Below are positions 1 through 10,800 of a stretch of DNA of 64,000 nucleotides, in pieces. Under the pieces are notes generated by a model. It saw only the letters and a program-made list of their open reading frames with translations, ran no database searches and was not told where the DNA came from. How positions within the stretch are numbered: the stretch's first letter is position 1; each line of letters begins with the position of its first letter. A program made the position numbers and the translations under genes. Source of the DNA: Gammaproteobacteria bacterium (GTDB taxonomy: Bacteria; Pseudomonadota; Gammaproteobacteria; UBA4575); the NCBI GenBank assembly GCA_965214675.1, contig OZ243969.1:129001-193000 (forward strand). Reading direction: 5' to 3'.

Positions 1-40
1 AGATGGTTTTTCAGCTCCTGTGGACTGAATTCCATGAATG

Positions 41-691
41 TCATAACTGGAAAGCCTTTGATTTTTCAAGGCCTATCAGAGGGCGGAGGCTGGTCTCAAA
101 CAGTGTCGTGCACTGTAGCCCCTGTGCATCCAGCCGGGTAAGAAGTTGCGCCTGCATGGCCGGGGCTCTTCCTGTTACTACAAACATTCGCCCCCCCGCG
201 GCAAGCCGTTCCTCAAAGAGATTCTGATATACCGGAATGGAGGCAGTCACAGCAATCACGTCATATGTCTTGTCAGTGCATTCACTCAAGGCATCCCCCT
301 GAGAAAACTCGACATTTTCAATTTCCAGCTTTGCCATGGTGCTTTGTGCCTGGGCTGACAGATCTTCAAAGCATTCAATGGTGTCTACATAACCACCCAG
401 TCGGGCAAGGCAGGCGGTCACGAACCCGCTGCCTGTCCCGATTTCAAGAATTCTGTCACCGGACTTGATCCCCAAGGCCTGGAGCATGCGAGCCTCAAGT
501 TTCGGGGACATCATGCATTGCTCATGCGGGAGTGGAATTTCCAAATCGGAAAATGCCAGGTTGCGGTACTGACCAGGCACGAATAATTCACGCGGTGTCT
601 GGACAAACACTTCCAGCACATCAGCATCCAGAACATCCCAGGGACGAATCTGTTGCTGAACCATGTTCAATCGGGCTTGTTCGGTATCCAC
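41..691 (-). CDS. pcm: protein-L-isoaspartate O-methyltransferase
   Basis: 216 aa with SAM-MTase motif LEIGTGSGF and PCMT-family similarity over the full length. Confidence 0.9.
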   Translation of the reverse strand: MDTEQARLNMVQQQIRPWDVLDADVLEVFVQTPRELFVPGQYRNLAFSDLEIPLPHEQCMMSPKLEARMLQALGIKSGDRILEIGTGSGFVTACLARLGGYVDTIECFEDLSAQAQSTMAKLEIENVEFSQGDALSECTDKTYDVIAVTASIPVYQNLFEERLAAGGRMFVVTGRAPAMQAQLLTRLDAQGLQCTTLFETSLRPLIGLEKSKAFQL

Positions 692-853
692 GAACCTATT
701 TATACCTTGGTTTGCTATATTCTTCGTGCAGACGTTTATAGACTATATCAATATCGTCAGTGTGTGACCTACAGGACCCACTGCTGCACGGCAGTGCAAT
801 ATACTGTAAAAACACACAGGTTTCATGAATCCGACACCATACAGCGAGTACTT

Positions 854-1882
854 TTGAACGCGAGGACAATACTTGTAATCGGTCCGGCCTGGGTGGGCGA
901 CATGGTCATGGTGCAGAGTCTGTTCATGGCTCTGAAACGGCAAAATCCCGGTAATGTCATTGATGTGGCTGCACCGGCGTGGTCTGCGCCGGTGCTCGCA
1001 CGCATGCCGGAGGTCAGGAACATTGTTGAAGTGGACTTGAGCCATGGAGAGCTGGGCTTGCTGAAACGAATGCGCATTGGCCGGGCTTTGCGCAGCAGGT
1101 ATGACCAGTCCATCATTTTGCCCAGATCGTTCAAGTCTGCGCTGATTCCATATTTTGCAGGTATCGCGCAGCGTACCGCCTACCGGGGTGAAATGCGCTA
1201 CGGGGTGGTTAACGACATGCGTGTGCTCGACACGGAGGTCACCTACAAGGCGGTGGAGCGGTATATCGGCCTGGGGTCTGATCCATCAGATCCCGTCCAG
1301 ACTCCTGAAATCCGCTTTCCAAAACTGCAGGTGCACGAAGACAAGCGCCATGAAGCGGCAGCCCGGCTGGGGATCAATGAGGCAGTTCCCTGTGTAGCTC
1401 TGATGCCCGGGGCAGAGTTCGGGCCGTCCAAACGCTGGCCAGCGCAATACTTTGGAGAGTTGGCAATGTTGTTTGATAAGCAGGGATTTGATGTGTACAT
1501 TTTCGGCTCTGCCAAGGACCAGACCATTGGACAGGAAGTGGTCGACGCATCGCATCACTGTGCCAAAAATCTTTGTGGGCAGACCAGCCTGGAAGAGGTG
1601 GTCGACTTGCTTTCGCTGGCAAAAATTGCCATTACCAATGATTCGGGACTGATGCATATTGCTACGGCAGTCGGTCGGCCCGTGGTGGTGGTTTACGGGT
1701 CCATTACGCCTGAATACACCCCGCCATTGTCCGATACTGCAAGAATCGAGTACCTCAATCTGGAGTGCAGTCCCTGCTGGCAAAAGCAATGCCCATACGG
1801 ACATTACAACTGTCTAAAGAATCTTGGCGTACGTCAGGTGTATGAGAGTGCCAAGGAACTGTTAGCGGCCGAAGAGGGCTAG
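854..1882 (+). CDS. waaF: ADP-heptose:LPS heptosyltransferase II
   Basis: Aligns with E. coli WaaF over its full length (ILVIGPAWVGDMVMVQSL, SFKSALIPYFAGI, NDSGLMHIA, LFGSAKD). The track ORF starts at 653 inside pcm. The true start is probably the TTG near 854, just before the ILVIGP motif, and is uncertain. Confidence 0.8.
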   Translation: MNARTILVIGPAWVGDMVMVQSLFMALKRQNPGNVIDVAAPAWSAPVLARMPEVRNIVEVDLSHGELGLLKRMRIGRALRSRYDQSIILPRSFKSALIPYFAGIAQRTAYRGEMRYGVVNDMRVLDTEVTYKAVERYIGLGSDPSDPVQTPEIRFPKLQVHEDKRHEAAARLGINEAVPCVALMPGAEFGPSKRWPAQYFGELAMLFDKQGFDVYIFGSAKDQTIGQEVVDASHHCAKNLCGQTSLEEVVDLLSLAKIAITNDSGLMHIATAVGRPVVVVYGSITPEYTPPLSDTARIEYLNLECSPCWQKQCPYGHYNCLKNLGVRQVYESAKELLAAEEG

Positions 1883-3270
1883 AGAAAGTAATCTGAGCGA
1901 TCAAAACTGGAGTCAAGCTGGTCCAGTTTTTCCGGATGGCTGATCAAGTCCTCGATGAACCAGTTGGCATGGTTGTACAGACAGGTGACGTCCTTGCACT
2001 CCTCGGTGGCGTCAAACGTTTCAATCAGCCGCAAGGTATTTTTTTGTGTGTCCTGTAGGCTGTCCAGGGTTGCATAGGCATGTTTTCCGCCCAGCAAAGC
2101 CTGGGGGACATGACGATACACGGGACAGTTGAAGATGCCGAGTGGGCTGACTACCTGCCTGAAATACTGCATGTGGCAATTGTGCGGTTGCTTGCTGTAG
2201 TTCATGTAGGTGCCGTTTTCAAGTACGCGAAGATTTGTACTTTCCACCACTGCAAAGCTCTCATCTTCAAGCTTTTGAGCCTCGCAGATTGCGTTGCGGA
2301 TCTTGGTCATGATCGAGGCCACGTGTTCCTGCTTCTTTTCTATGCCGACGACTTCTGCATTATTCAGCTCCGAACGCGTGAGAAACGGCTTGTAGGAAAT
2401 GTAATCAAACTGATGCTGTTTGGCCAGTTGTGCCGCAACCACCATTTCATCGATATTTTCAATGATTCCCGTGTCGTTGGTTTCGCAGTCCTTCCATACA
2501 ATGATGTAGCTGAACCCGATCATGAAGTCCGGATTCAGTTGCTTGATTGGCGGAATATGTTCACAAATCCAGTCCAGTGTGCACTTATTGCTGCCGGGCT
2601 TGTGCATGGCGCGAAAGGTTTCATTGGTGCCGGAATCCAGGGATAGCCGTACCCAGTCTCGTTTCTCCAATACCTCGGCAACGGCTTCAATCTTTCTCAT
2701 CATGCTGCCGTTGGTTACCACGCCAATCTGCGTACCCATGGCCTTCAGGTGGCGCACAATATCCTCAAAACCCTTGTAGGCCGTGGGTTCACCACCACCA
2801 ATGATGATCACGGATCGCAGGCCGTTCTCCACCAGTTGCGTTAAGGAGTCCTTGAGCAACTCATGTTCGTAGTTGATGTTCTTGTTCAGGATATCCATGT
2901 CCACGCAATGATCGCAGCGGTAGTTGCAGGCGGTGGTCACGTCCAGGTTGATGGAGACTGGCGCTTGGTGAGGGGCATTTTCCAGCGCCTGCTCGAAGGT
3001 GATGGCATTGGACGCGTAACCCTCTCGCCACTGGGCTTGCCAGCGTACATACTCTTTCAGATTTTCCAGCACAGCAGGCTGGCGGAGCTTGCCCATAAAG
3101 TCATGCAGGGGGGACAGCTCTGTCTGCTTTTCAACCAGGTGTTCTGCAGATTTCAGGTGCAGGGGCTGCAGGACAGAATCTTGGCTCGACCCCAGGTCGA
3201 ACTTGCTGAAGTTGATCAGCGGTGAAACTTCGAGTAGCACCTCACCGTTTTCAGAGTGAATTTTTTGCAT
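1879..3270 (-). CDS. radical SAM domain protein, 463 aa, possibly acting on an NDP-sugar or other carbohydrate substrate
   Basis: CNYRCDHC (CxxxCxxC) at about residue 115 after a roughly 110-aa N-terminal extension. Has a GGGEPT glycine-rich SAM motif and four further Cys in the C-terminal third. No B12-binding domain seen. Overlaps the downstream oxidoreductase gene by 20 nt, so is probably co-transcribed. Confidence 0.75.
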   Translation of the reverse strand: MQKIHSENGEVLLEVSPLINFSKFDLGSSQDSVLQPLHLKSAEHLVEKQTELSPLHDFMGKLRQPAVLENLKEYVRWQAQWREGYASNAITFEQALENAPHQAPVSINLDVTTACNYRCDHCVDMDILNKNINYEHELLKDSLTQLVENGLRSVIIIGGGEPTAYKGFEDIVRHLKAMGTQIGVVTNGSMMRKIEAVAEVLEKRDWVRLSLDSGTNETFRAMHKPGSNKCTLDWICEHIPPIKQLNPDFMIGFSYIIVWKDCETNDTGIIENIDEMVVAAQLAKQHQFDYISYKPFLTRSELNNAEVVGIEKKQEHVASIMTKIRNAICEAQKLEDESFAVVESTNLRVLENGTYMNYSKQPHNCHMQYFRQVVSPLGIFNCPVYRHVPQALLGGKHAYATLDSLQDTQKNTLRLIETFDATEECKDVTCLYNHANWFIEDLISHPEKLDQLDSSFDRSDYFL

Positions 3271-4243
3271 GAATTAAATTTGAGTCTATAGCTTGGTAGA
3301 TTTGCGACAGATGTGCCATCCCGTCAATCAGTGCAGTCTCGTCCGAACTGCATCCGGAATGGATGGAGCCCAAAAAGTTCTTGGCCGAGGACACCAGAGG
3401 ATCTACGATTGGCAGTTGTTTGTCAGGTGCTCGCAATGATATCAGGTAATCCGGGAGTTCGACATGCCTGTCTACGCGTAGCCGATTGATCGCATAGGCT
3501 GCAGGTTTTGGCAAAACATCCGTCGAGTTCAGGGTCAGGCGAACCTCGCAGTCACTTCCGGCATGCAGGTAATTAAAGGTGAGCTGCAAGTCCTGGTCAG
3601 GGTTGTTGCTCGGAGAATCATGGCACAGATCCTGGATGCGCCCCGCACCAAGCAGTGCATATAGCATGCTGAGCAAGTGGGGTGCAGCATCGATGATCAT
3701 GTCTTTTCCCATACTTTGCGGAGACAGCCACATGGAAAATGTTTCAACGGCGCCAGCTGTTCTGGTTTGCTGAGGATACAGTGCGTAGTAGCCGGGCAAC
3801 GTAAACATCCATTGCGTGTTCAGTTGCAGGATGATGTTGTTTTTATTGGCTTGCTGGGCCAGGTGGAGGGTGTCGTCGCTGATGAGTTGCAAGCTTTCAG
3901 GGGTTTGGATTCCTGCTTCAGGCCACCAAAAAGGTTTTTCACAAAAGACGTGACAGCCCGTTTCAACTGCCGTTTTCAGATAATGATAATGCGTGGTAGG
4001 TGGGGAGCAGATGACCACAACGTCAATGGGTATTGCCTCCAGCACTTCTTCGATACTACTAAAAGGTCGGCACTTGATGCCGTAATGTTGCTCGAGATGG
4101 GCAGCCGAGTCGACTGCTGATGAAAGTGAACTGCTGACAACTGCACAGATTTTGCAGCCTAGCTGGTGAAAAGCCCGGGCGATGTATGGACCCGTACCTT
4201 GTCGGCTTCGACCAGGTCCCACCACGGCAATATTGAAGGGCAT
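3251..4243 (-). CDS. Gfo/Idh/MocA-family NAD(P)-dependent oxidoreductase
   Basis: N-terminal Rossmann motif IAVVGPGRSRQG and a CEKP motif typical of Gfo/Idh/MocA sugar dehydrogenases. Start taken at the internal MPFNIAVVGPG rather than the track start. Confidence 0.7.
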   Translation of the reverse strand: MPFNIAVVGPGRSRQGTGPYIARAFHQLGCKICAVVSSSLSSAVDSAAHLEQHYGIKCRPFSSIEEVLEAIPIDVVVICSPPTTHYHYLKTAVETGCHVFCEKPFWWPEAGIQTPESLQLISDDTLHLAQQANKNNIILQLNTQWMFTLPGYYALYPQQTRTAGAVETFSMWLSPQSMGKDMIIDAAPHLLSMLYALLGAGRIQDLCHDSPSNNPDQDLQLTFNYLHAGSDCEVRLTLNSTDVLPKPAAYAINRLRVDRHVELPDYLISLRAPDKQLPIVDPLVSSAKNFLGSIHSGCSSDETALIDGMAHLSQIYQAIDSNLIHAKNSL

Positions 4244-4354
4244 GGTATTTATTACAATCCGAAGTGACCAACCCACAGCGTACTGGCAGCAACCAATCAG
4301 AGCAAGCCTCTAAAGCAGCAGGCAGTGTATACACGTACCAGTGTGATCCTTTAG

Positions 4355-6415
<2,061 letters not shown>

Positions 6416-6420
6416 TTGGA

Positions 6421-7044
6421 GTGGGCGGAAAATCACAGCTTGTGACAAGCGACCAGGCACTGGCTGGCAGAGATGCGCCGATGCCGGTAACCAACAGGCA
6501 TTATGTAAGCGGCAACCTGTTATTGCCGCCTTTTCCTGATGGAATGGTCATAGCGATGTTTGGTCTGGGCTGCTTTTGGGGGGCAGAGAGAACATTTTGG
6601 CAGTTGCCGGGAGTGTATTCGACTTCTGTGGGTTATTCTGGCGGATCTACTCCAAACCCGACCTATCGGGAAGTCTGTACCGGCATGACGGGACACAATG
6701 AGGTTGTGCGCGTTGTGTATATGCCCGATCGTATCAGCTATACCCGGTTGCTCCGGTTGTTCTGGGAGTCACATGATCCCACACAGGGGATGCGCCAGGG
6801 CAATGACCTGGGCACCCAGTATCGTTCGGGCATCTACGCGTACGATGAGGCGCAGAAAAGCAGTGCCGAGCAGACCAGGCAGCAATACCAGCAGGCATTA
6901 ACCCAACGAGGCTATTCATCTATCACGACTGAAATTGTTCAGGCTCCTGAATTTTATTATGCGGAGGATTACCATCAGCAATATCTGGCCAAAAACCCGA
7001 ATGGCTACTGCGGACTGGGAGGGACGGGGGTCACATTGACGTGA
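6421..7044 (+). CDS. msrA: peptide methionine sulfoxide reductase A
   Basis: GCFWGAE active-site motif. Near-colinear with E. coli MsrA. GTG start preceded by AGGAGA. Confidence 0.9.
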   Translation: MGGKSQLVTSDQALAGRDAPMPVTNRHYVSGNLLLPPFPDGMVIAMFGLGCFWGAERTFWQLPGVYSTSVGYSGGSTPNPTYREVCTGMTGHNEVVRVVYMPDRISYTRLLRLFWESHDPTQGMRQGNDLGTQYRSGIYAYDEAQKSSAEQTRQQYQQALTQRGYSSITTEIVQAPEFYYAEDYHQQYLAKNPNGYCGLGGTGVTLT

Positions 7045-7715
7045 CTGTGCAACGCAAAAGCCCGATGCGAAATAAGAACGATGCCGACAAGCCGGAAAAG
7101 AGCTATCACACCGCAACGCTGGATGAACGAAGTGCTGAAAGGAACCCCTTTGCGCAGTTCCGGCTATGGTTTGATGAGACGCTTGACTCAGGGTTCACAG
7201 AGCCCCATGCAATGAATCTTGCGACGCTCAGTCATACAGGTGCGATCTCTTCGCGCATGGTGTTGTTAAAAGAATTCGATGAATCAGGATTTGTTTTTTT
7301 TACCAACTACAACAGTGACAAGGCCCAGGATTTACATGCAACACGCATCGCCGCGCTTTGTTTCTGGTGGGACAAGCTGTATCGACAGGTACGGATCTCG
7401 GGCCGGGTTGAAAAGATTCCGCCTCCAGACTCTGCCGAGTACTTCCATTCACGTCCCAGAGGGAGTCAACTTGGCGCCCTGGCTTCCCAGCAAAGCCAGG
7501 TAATTGAAGACTATTCAGTATTGGAAAATGCTTACCAGCATCTGGAGCAGCGCTATCAGGGGCAGGAAATCCCCTATCCTGAACACTGGGGGGGCTATCG
7601 GGTTATTCCGGATCAGTTTGAGTTCTGGCAGGGACGCCCGAATCGACTGCATGATCGTCTTCGTTATACAGCAGCCCCGACGGGAGAGTGGAAGCTTGAA
7701 AGGCTATCTCCCTGA
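7041..7715 (+). CDS. pdxH: pyridoxamine 5'-phosphate oxidase
   Basis: Colinear with E. coli PdxH ([33 protein letters not shown]). Start is either the GTG at 7041 or the ATG at 7065. Confidence 0.85.
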   Translation: MTVQRKSPMRNKNDADKPEKSYHTATLDERSAERNPFAQFRLWFDETLDSGFTEPHAMNLATLSHTGAISSRMVLLKEFDESGFVFFTNYNSDKAQDLHATRIAALCFWWDKLYRQVRISGRVEKIPPPDSAEYFHSRPRGSQLGALASQQSQVIEDYSVLENAYQHLEQRYQGQEIPYPEHWGGYRVIPDQFEFWQGRPNRLHDRLRYTAAPTGEWKLERLSP

Positions 7716-7742
7716 GTGGTTCACGGCACACTCATCAATCTT

Positions 7743-7985
7743 TCATTCGTAGACGAGGTGCCACTGCGGGTCTGGCCTTTGCTTTTCCGGCCAGTATGTT
7801 TTGTCTGGATTCTCTTGGTTGAGTTCTTCACACTTTTTGCATGCCTCTCCATAGGTCATCGTCTCTTCTGTGAATTTTCCAGTTTCAAACTCGTATTTGA
7901 GTTTCCACGCAATAATGTAGCCGGGGTCCTGGGCCCGACGAATCAAGTTTTCTGTACTCATGGGCAGTTCCTGTTCTTTTCGCAA
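7743..7985 (-). CDS. hypothetical small protein, 80 aa, K/E-rich
   Basis: ORF only. No recognisable family. Local GC is lower than the neighbours. Confidence 0.3.
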   Translation of the reverse strand: MRKEQELPMSTENLIRRAQDPGYIIAWKLKYEFETGKFTEETMTYGEACKKCEELNQENPDKTYWPEKQRPDPQWHLVYE

Positions 7986-8140
7986 AAGACGGGCAATTTA
8001 TCTTTCTGCGGATATTGAAATTGAACGACTGGCACAATGTATGTGCCGGATTGGGGTTTCTATCAAAAATACGTGCCTGTGTGCAACTTTTTCAGCCGGG
8101 CCATAACTACGGCCTGAAGAAAAGAATGGCTGTGCATCCT

Positions 8141-8506
8141 CTATTCTGAAGTCTGGCGAGCCTCCAGGGAAACTTTCCACTCTACCCTGTAGACCGTTTG
8201 GTCGGTATTGGGACCTTTGGGTCCACTTGGGCTGATGAGTGCTGATTGAGGCCCCATGACTTGCTGGTAATAGCGGACGGCAGCCTGCGCAAAGCCCGGA
8301 CATTCAAAAGGTAGATCATGGTGGACTTCGAAGGTCAGTGACCCGTCTTTCTCCATCAGGGCGTCCAGCCCTGCTAAAAGGTGGGAGTGGAAATTACTTT
8401 CAAACTCAGCGTCAAACAGTATCTTGCAGGTCTGTCTTCCGTCCTGATTGCCGGGTTTTACATGGTCGGGGAACAAACCGTGAAAAAATATTGTGGCTTT
8501 ATCCAT
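8141..8506 (-). CDS. hypothetical protein, 121 aa
   Basis: ORF only. No recognisable family. Confidence 0.35.
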   Translation of the reverse strand: MDKATIFFHGLFPDHVKPGNQDGRQTCKILFDAEFESNFHSHLLAGLDALMEKDGSLTFEVHHDLPFECPGFAQAAVRYYQQVMGPQSALISPSGPKGPNTDQTVYRVEWKVSLEARQTSE

Positions 8507-8537
8507 GTAAAGATGGGGGCACGTTACAATTGGACCC

Positions 8538-8765
8538 GTGGAGTATAGATTACAAACGGATGTTTCTGAATTTGTGATTCGTCAGGAACCTCTCGGGCTG
8601 TGGGACCTGTGGGTGGACGGTATGCCAACACTGACCTTCCCTACACCGGATGCTGCTGCCAAAGCCGTGTATGAGCAGGACTCCGGCTATATCGTCTGGG
8701 ATCAATTGAAGGAACACAGCGCACCGCAAGACCTCAGCGGCTGGGAGGAAATCGGGTCAACGTGA
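8538..8765 (+). CDS. hypothetical small protein, 75 aa
   Basis: ORF only. Confidence 0.3.
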   Translation: MEYRLQTDVSEFVIRQEPLGLWDLWVDGMPTLTFPTPDAAAKAVYEQDSGYIVWDQLKEHSAPQDLSGWEEIGST

Positions 8766-8803
8766 GGCTGCCGAGCAGAAACCGTATTGGCCCTATCGGG
8801 CCT

Positions 8804-8827
8804 GGAACCCGCCGGCAGGCGGGTTCC
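8804..8827. terminator. GC-rich perfect hairpin (10-bp stem GGAACCCGCC, loop GGCA) between convergent genes, with no U-tract
   Basis: Inverted repeat read directly: GGAACCCGCC ggca GGCGGGTTCC. May act as a bidirectional terminator or RNA-stability element. Confidence 0.3.
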
Positions 8828-8835
8828 AGGCAGGG

Positions 8836-10110
8836 CTAGCCGGATTTTTCCAGTGCTTGATCAATGTCCTCCAGGATGTCATCAATATGCTCAATCCCGA
8901 TGGACAGCCTGACCAAATCATCACTTACGCCAGCAACTGCCTGCTCCTCCTTGGACAATTGCCGATGTGTAGTCGTGGCTGGATGACAAGCCAGTGATTT
9001 TGCATCACCGATGTTTACCAGTCTGACAATCAGGTTCAGTGAATCAATAAACTTCACACCTGCATCAAGGCCTCCCTTGATTCCAAAGCTCAAGATCCCC
9101 GAGGCACGTCCACTGCAATATTTTTCTACCAGCGGGTAGTCTTCATGCGTCGGCAGCCCGGCGTAGTTTACCCAGGTGACACTCGGATGTTTTTGCAGGT
9201 GCTCAGCTACAGCGAGCGCATTTTCGCAATGGCGGTCCATGCGTACTGGCAGGCTTTCAACACCTTGCAGTACCAGGAAGCTGTTCATAGGCGAAATTGC
9301 CGGACCCATATTGCGCAATGGCACCACCCGCACGCGGGCGATGTAGGCTGCCTGTCCCAACGCCTCTGTGTAGACGACCCCGTGATAAGAAGGGTCGGGT
9401 TCATTCAGCATGGGGAACCGTTTTTTGTGGTCCGTCCACGGGAAATTTCCTGAGTCCACGACAATACCGCCGATCGTTGTGCCATGGCCCGTCATGTACT
9501 TGGTCAGCGAATGAACAACGATATCCGCTCCAAATTCAAAAGGCCGACACAGGTACGGACTGGGTACAGTATTGTCCACCATGACCGGCACTCCCTTGGC
9601 ATGTGCAACCGCGACCGTTTTTTCCAGATCGATTATGTTCCCGGCAGGGTTCCCCAGGGATTCACAGAAAACGGTTTTGGTATTATCGTCTATCGCTGCC
9701 GAGATGGCGTCCATGTCACGGTAGTCAACAAATCGCACATCAATCCCGAGTTTTGGCAGGGTATGTGCAAACAGGTTATACGTGCCCCCATACAGGGTTG
9801 TCACCGAAACTATATTGTCTCCACGTTCGGCGATTGCAAGAATGGCCATGGTAATCGCTGCCATTCCGGATGAAAGTGCCAGGGCGCCGATACCACCCTC
9901 CATCGCTGCAATACGTTGTTCAAGTACCGCAGTGGTCGGGTTCATTATTCGTGTGTAGATGTTTCCCTCAACCTTCAGGTCAAACAGGTCAGCACCATGT
10001 TGAGTGTTGTCAAACGCATAAGACGAGGTCTGGTAGATGGGTACGGCGACTGCCTTGGTGGTTGCTTCGGGCGAGTAGCCGCTGTGGATTGCAAGTGTTT
10101 CAATTTTCAT
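8836..10110 (-). CDS. metY: O-acetylhomoserine aminocarboxypropyltransferase (sulfhydrylase), PLP-dependent
   Basis: 424 aa. Full-length similarity to MetY/Met17 with a Lys in a SLTKY PLP motif. Confidence 0.9.
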   Translation of the reverse strand: MKIETLAIHSGYSPEATTKAVAVPIYQTSSYAFDNTQHGADLFDLKVEGNIYTRIMNPTTAVLEQRIAAMEGGIGALALSSGMAAITMAILAIAERGDNIVSVTTLYGGTYNLFAHTLPKLGIDVRFVDYRDMDAISAAIDDNTKTVFCESLGNPAGNIIDLEKTVAVAHAKGVPVMVDNTVPSPYLCRPFEFGADIVVHSLTKYMTGHGTTIGGIVVDSGNFPWTDHKKRFPMLNEPDPSYHGVVYTEALGQAAYIARVRVVPLRNMGPAISPMNSFLVLQGVESLPVRMDRHCENALAVAEHLQKHPSVTWVNYAGLPTHEDYPLVEKYCSGRASGILSFGIKGGLDAGVKFIDSLNLIVRLVNIGDAKSLACHPATTTHRQLSKEEQAVAGVSDDLVRLSIGIEHIDDILEDIDQALEKSG

Positions 10111-10326
10111 GAACGGTTTTCCTCAAAAAATACTAGGGCCATGCTACTCCCGATGGTGCAACTGGCGATGCCAAGGGTGACTGTGAACTATGTGGGTGTG
10201 CGCTATCATAACAGTGACGGGTGCCTGCGAATCTAACGCGAATAATGAGGTAGGCTCTATATCCTGATTGACGGAGTCTGGGATGTACATGCAGGGCGCA
10301 GTTTGGGTATGTCGTGCAATCCTCGC

Positions 10327-10572
10327 TCAGCAGGCGGTTTGCATCTCCCATTCAGACGGGGTAAAGGTCTTGATGCTGAGTGCATGCAGTGCACCACTGG
10401 CGATTTGTGCCTTGACGGTCGAATAGACAAGCTGGTGTTCCTTTACCATGCTCATCCCCTCAAAGCATTCACTGATCACGGTTGCCTCGTACTTGCCCTC
10501 AGCACCACTGACAATGGCTTGTGAGTCAGGCACACCTTTTTCAATGAGGGTCTTGATTTCATCTGCTTGCAT
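10327..10572 (-). CDS. ibaG: BolA-family protein (IbaG/YrbA-like)
   Basis: About 81 aa. Aligns with E. coli IbaG (VSGAEGKYEATVISECFEGMSMVKEHQLVY..HALSIKTFTPSEW). Confidence 0.7.
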   Translation of the reverse strand: MQADEIKTLIEKGVPDSQAIVSGAEGKYEATVISECFEGMSMVKEHQLVYSTVKAQIASGALHALSIKTFTPSEWEMQTAC

Positions 10573-10651
10573 AAAAGAACAGGCCTCCTGGCTGGTGGGC
10601 AAAGACGGAGTGTATTAAATTCCATGCTAAGCGCAAAATTATACCCGTTTG

Positions 10652-10800
10652 CGTATTCGATGATAATTATTGGGAATTATGTACCTGAATCCGCAGGGGA
10701 TTCGATACCCGTTTGACGTTTCACAGGCCCGCTACTGCGGCCACCTCCACGTCCAGCAGCCCCATTCTCGAAGGCCAGAATATTCAATGCGGCATTCATG
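10652..10800 (-). ncRNA. predicted TnpB omega-RNA (reRNA) spanning the tnpB 3' end, the right-end TIR and about 20 nt of flank as guide
   Basis: By analogy with characterised TnpB systems. Not verifiable from sequence alone. Confidence 0.3.
10664..10671. repeat. target-site duplication TAATTATT (left copy) flanking the TnpB element
   Basis: Identical 8-mer at 11884-11891, immediately outside both terminal inverted repeats. Confidence 0.7.
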
